A stretch of DNA of 64,000 nucleotides from the NCBI GenBank assembly GCA_038087875.1, contig JAXLNO010000341.1:62001-126000 (forward strand). The letters run 5' to 3'. Below, one piece after another: positions 60,642 to 64,000 of this stretch. Both the position numbers and the translations under genes were made by a program. Origin of the DNA: Malacoraja senta (Eukaryota). Position 1 is the stretch's first letter. Every line of letters begins with the position of its first letter. The notes under the pieces are model-generated. The model was not told the origin of the DNA. It worked only from the letters and a program-made list of their open reading frames with translations, and searched no databases.

Positions 60642-61260
60642 GTTTAGTTTAGTTTAGAGATACAGCATTGTGTAGAGTGATACAGTGTGGAAACAGGCCC
60701 TTTGGCCCAACTTGTCCATATCGGCCAACATGTCCCATCCACACTCGTCCCACCTGCCTGCGTTTGGTCCATATCCCTCCAAACTTGTCCTATCCTGTCT
60801 AAGTGCTTCTTAAATGTTGGGAGAGTCGCTGCCTCAACTACCTCCTCTGGCAGCTTGTTCCATACACCCACCACCATTTGTGTGAAAAAATTACCCCTCA
60901 GATTCCTATTAAATCTTTTCCCCTTCACCTTGAACATATGTCCTCTGGTCCTCGATTCCCCCACTCTGGGCAAGGGATTGTGTGCATCTACCCGATTTAT
61001 TTCTCTCATGATTTTATACACCTCTACAAGATCACCCCTCGTCCACCTGCGCTCCAAGGAATTGAGACCCAGCCTACTCAACTTCTGCCTATAGATCAGA
61101 CCCTCTAGTCCTGGCAACATCCTCGTAAATCTTCTCTGAACCCTTTCAAGCTTGACAATATCTTTCCTATAACATGGTGTCTAGAACTGAACACAATACT
61201 CTAAATGCAGTCTCACCAATGTCTTATACAACTGCAACATGAACTCCCAACTTCTATACT
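60642..61260 (-). mobile_element. CR1 3' fragment
   Basis: ORF 60644..61120 reads MLPGLEGL...RGDLVEVYKIMR...WNKLPEEVVEA. Confidence 0.9.
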
Positions 61261-61639
61261 TCGATATATCAATTCAATGAACTTTATTTATCCGTTAGGA
61301 ACGTTGGTTTCTGCAGCCATACAACAAAAAGAAACAAATTTACAAGACACACAACCAACTCAATTCACACAGACATCCATCACAGTGAATCTCCTCACTG
61401 TGATGGAAGGCAAAGTCTGTATCTCTGCAGCAGCAGGTGAATCCATCTGCCAGTCTCCCAAAGGCTCGATCGTATGTTTGGGCAGTACATAATTTGGTAA
61501 CAAAATGCCCGTGTCAAATGGCAGTATAATTTTCAAATAAATATTCTCTTTATCATGTAACTGAGCCTAAACGATCAGATTTCTATACCAGATTAGCAAG
61601 TGATTGCAGCATCTGCAGTTGCATGCGTCTCCACCCTGT

Positions 61640-61895
61640 GATTTGGAAGACGCGAGGAATTGCAGTCTTGGAAATCTTGAGCAAAACACAAAAGTGCTGG
61701 AGGCACTCTGCAGGTCAGGCAGCATCCGTGGAAGGAATGGACGGGAAACATTTCCGGTCGGTACTCTTCTTTAAACTGATAGTGGATTGCTTTCTTCCCC
61801 CTACTACAATTGGTCTGAAGAAGGGTCCCGACCCAAAACTTTGCCAATCCATTCCCCCCACAGATACTGGCTGACCTGTCCAGCACTTTGTGTTT
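61640..61895. mobile_element. Fold-back Penelope-terminus element
   Basis: Minus arm caaaagtgctggagg...gcagcatccgtggaaggaatgg and plus arm ggtctgaagaagggtcccgacccaaaac. Confidence 0.65.
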
Positions 61896-62954
61896 CACCC
61901 TGTGACTTGTTCAGCTTGTGCTGGTTTCCAAACATTTTTGCTAAAAAAACACACAATATCAGAGCACAATAATTATGAAATGAATTGTAAGCTCAATGAA
62001 TAATAACTGTTCACACTGTAACACAGGACTCATTGTTGTCAAGTAAGGATAATTTTCGATGTGTGTGCAAAAGGCATCACGTCCACATTTTAGATGCCGA
62101 TGATGATCCCAATTAACTGAAGATCCTAATTTTTAGGGACAAAAAAATAATTTTGAAAATATGTGGTGTACAGGCTTGTATATAACCTTTGACTCTTGGG
62201 TGCTGCACAAACAGAAATATCAAAGTTGAGCCGTTCATGCTTGAAAGAATAGCATAATACTACCAATATCATCTTGACACTGGCTTTCTTTTGCTTTCTG
62301 GTCACAAAAGAGTTTTTGACCAATCAAATGTTACTTCCTAAAGATCTGAACTATTGTCCTCCATTCAAAACCATAGGATATTATCCGAGGATTAAAACTA
62401 TTGATCCTCTAGTTTAAATAAGCAAAAGTGGGGAACAATGAAGCTTGAAAAGCTCTGTCTATGGTAAGGCTTTAGATGATCTGACCACCGCTTTGTGTCT
62501 GATACAAAAATGAAATGTTCGCTGGTTGTCAAAACGTTATTCACAGAGGGTAGTAGAGGATCTTGTGTTGTCCCTCAGCTGAAGAGAAACACGGCAACAA
62601 GTCAAACCAGTCTACATGATACTTGTTATGGCCAATTTATCTGGATCACGGTCATATTTAGAGTAACATTTAGCAGTGGCCATCTTGCTGGTTAAGTATG
62701 TGATTCAAAGATCAGAGTTTCAAAGATCAGAGCTGTATTCCTGCCCTCATTCAGTCTGTAATGTTGCTTTGAAAACATGGTTCAGTACAAGTTTAGTTGG
62801 ACAGAATACTTGTGACAGTTACTGCCGACAGCAACAATAGCCTGACTAATAAATCATGCTTAGCTTAATGTAGGCTTATAGTATTCATGCTAATGTGGAT
62901 GTTCTTTCAAATCGTATAAATGTTATTGTTCTGTTATGCCCTTGATTAAACCTA

Positions 62955-63710
62955 TTTTAGCATGTATGTAAAAGGCAATGGGGGGATGATGTGAGGTCAT
63001 TCTTTGGTAGAAAGAAGAGGAAAATAATGTTTTCAATGATAAACAAGTAAATGTTGTTGTTCAAAGGAATCTGGTTTACAGGTTCTCGAGGCGCAGAAAA
63101 TAAATGGTACAGGAAATAATTTCGCTGGTCTTTAGTACAAGATTATTGCAGTGCCAAAGCAAGGATGTATTTTTACAGATACACAGAACTTTTCTAAGAC
63201 CACATCTGGAGTATTATGTATGGTTTGGGACTCTGTATCCCAACAAAGATCCCAGGAATTAGTAGGTTGACCTATGATGAGCGTTTGTCAGCACAGGACC
63301 TGCATTCGCTGGAGTTTAGAAGAATGAGGGGGGGGACCTCATTGAAACATACAGAATAGCGAAAGGCTTGGATAGAGTGGATGTGAAGAGGATGTTTCCA
63401 CTTGTCTAGCACTAGTTATGGCCTCAGAATTATAGGACGTTCTTTTAGGAAGGAAATGAGGAGACATTTCTTTAGTCAGAGGGTGGTGAATCTGTGGAAT
63501 TCTTCCACAGTAGGCTGTAGAGGCCAAGTCATTGGATATTTCCACAGCAGAGATAGATAGATTTTTGATTAGTACGGGTGTCAGATGTTATGGGGAGAAG
63601 GCAGGAGAATGAGGTTAGGAGGGAGAGATAGATCAGCCATGATTGAATGGCCGAGTTGACTTGATGGGCCGAATGGCCTAATTCTACTCCTATCACTTAT
63701 GACCTTATGA
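62955..63710 (+). mobile_element. CR1 fragments (old piece to ~63250, younger 3' piece to the tail)
   Basis: agaccacatctggagtatt (RPHLEY), then tcgctggagtttagaagaatgagg...gggccgaatggcctaattctactcc. Confidence 0.8.
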
Positions 63711-64000
63711 TGTATGTGCTTGCCTGCAATTAATATAGTCAGTACATTCAAATTAAATCCAGTCATCTTGCACAGAAAATATAATGCGCCTGTCCGAACC
63801 ATCTGCATCAAAACTTAGAATGACTTGGATTTGCATGGATGCAATTACAAGAGTGGAAATCTGGACTTGCTGAATGGCAGATGGCCCAATATCTTTTGCT
63901 AGGCTCAACATTGGAACCTGAAACACCACTGATGTCAATGGAGATTCCAAATCTGTGTATTAGGAGGGTATTGTTAGTACACACAAGCATCAAGTGAAAC

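Overview
Vertebrate genomic DNA, almost certainly from an elasmobranch (skate, ray or shark). This rests on HE1-type V-SINEs and CR1/HER1 LINEs that share their 3' tail. The only host coding sequence I can support is one 132-bp internal exon of the fatty-acid elongase ELOVL6 (58930-59061, + strand, missed by the ORF track). The rest of the window is therefore most likely ELOVL6 intron. It is densely filled with transposable elements: a near-intact Passport-like Tc1 (one frameshift); two decayed copies and one mini-derivative of a second Tc1 family; a full-length but lesioned CR1 plus many CR1 3' fragments; Rex1/Babar-type LINE fragments; HE1 SINEs; an L1-type poly(A) insertion; P-like, PIF/Harbinger-like and Tigger-like non-autonomous DNA elements; and Penelope GIY-YIG fragments. 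The most interesting pattern is more than 20 short Penelope-terminus-derived elements. Many are fold-back, several have long target-site duplications (TSDs), and many carry a minimal hammerhead-ribozyme-like core. Other leads: matching inverted termini about 10 kb apart with an exact 37-bp internal direct repeat, a modular GC-rich SINE-like family with a shared hairpin, templated-insertion scars, and a short foreign-looking fragment with convergent poly(A) signals. All family assignments come from reading and recall, not database searches. Boundaries of old repeats are approximate.
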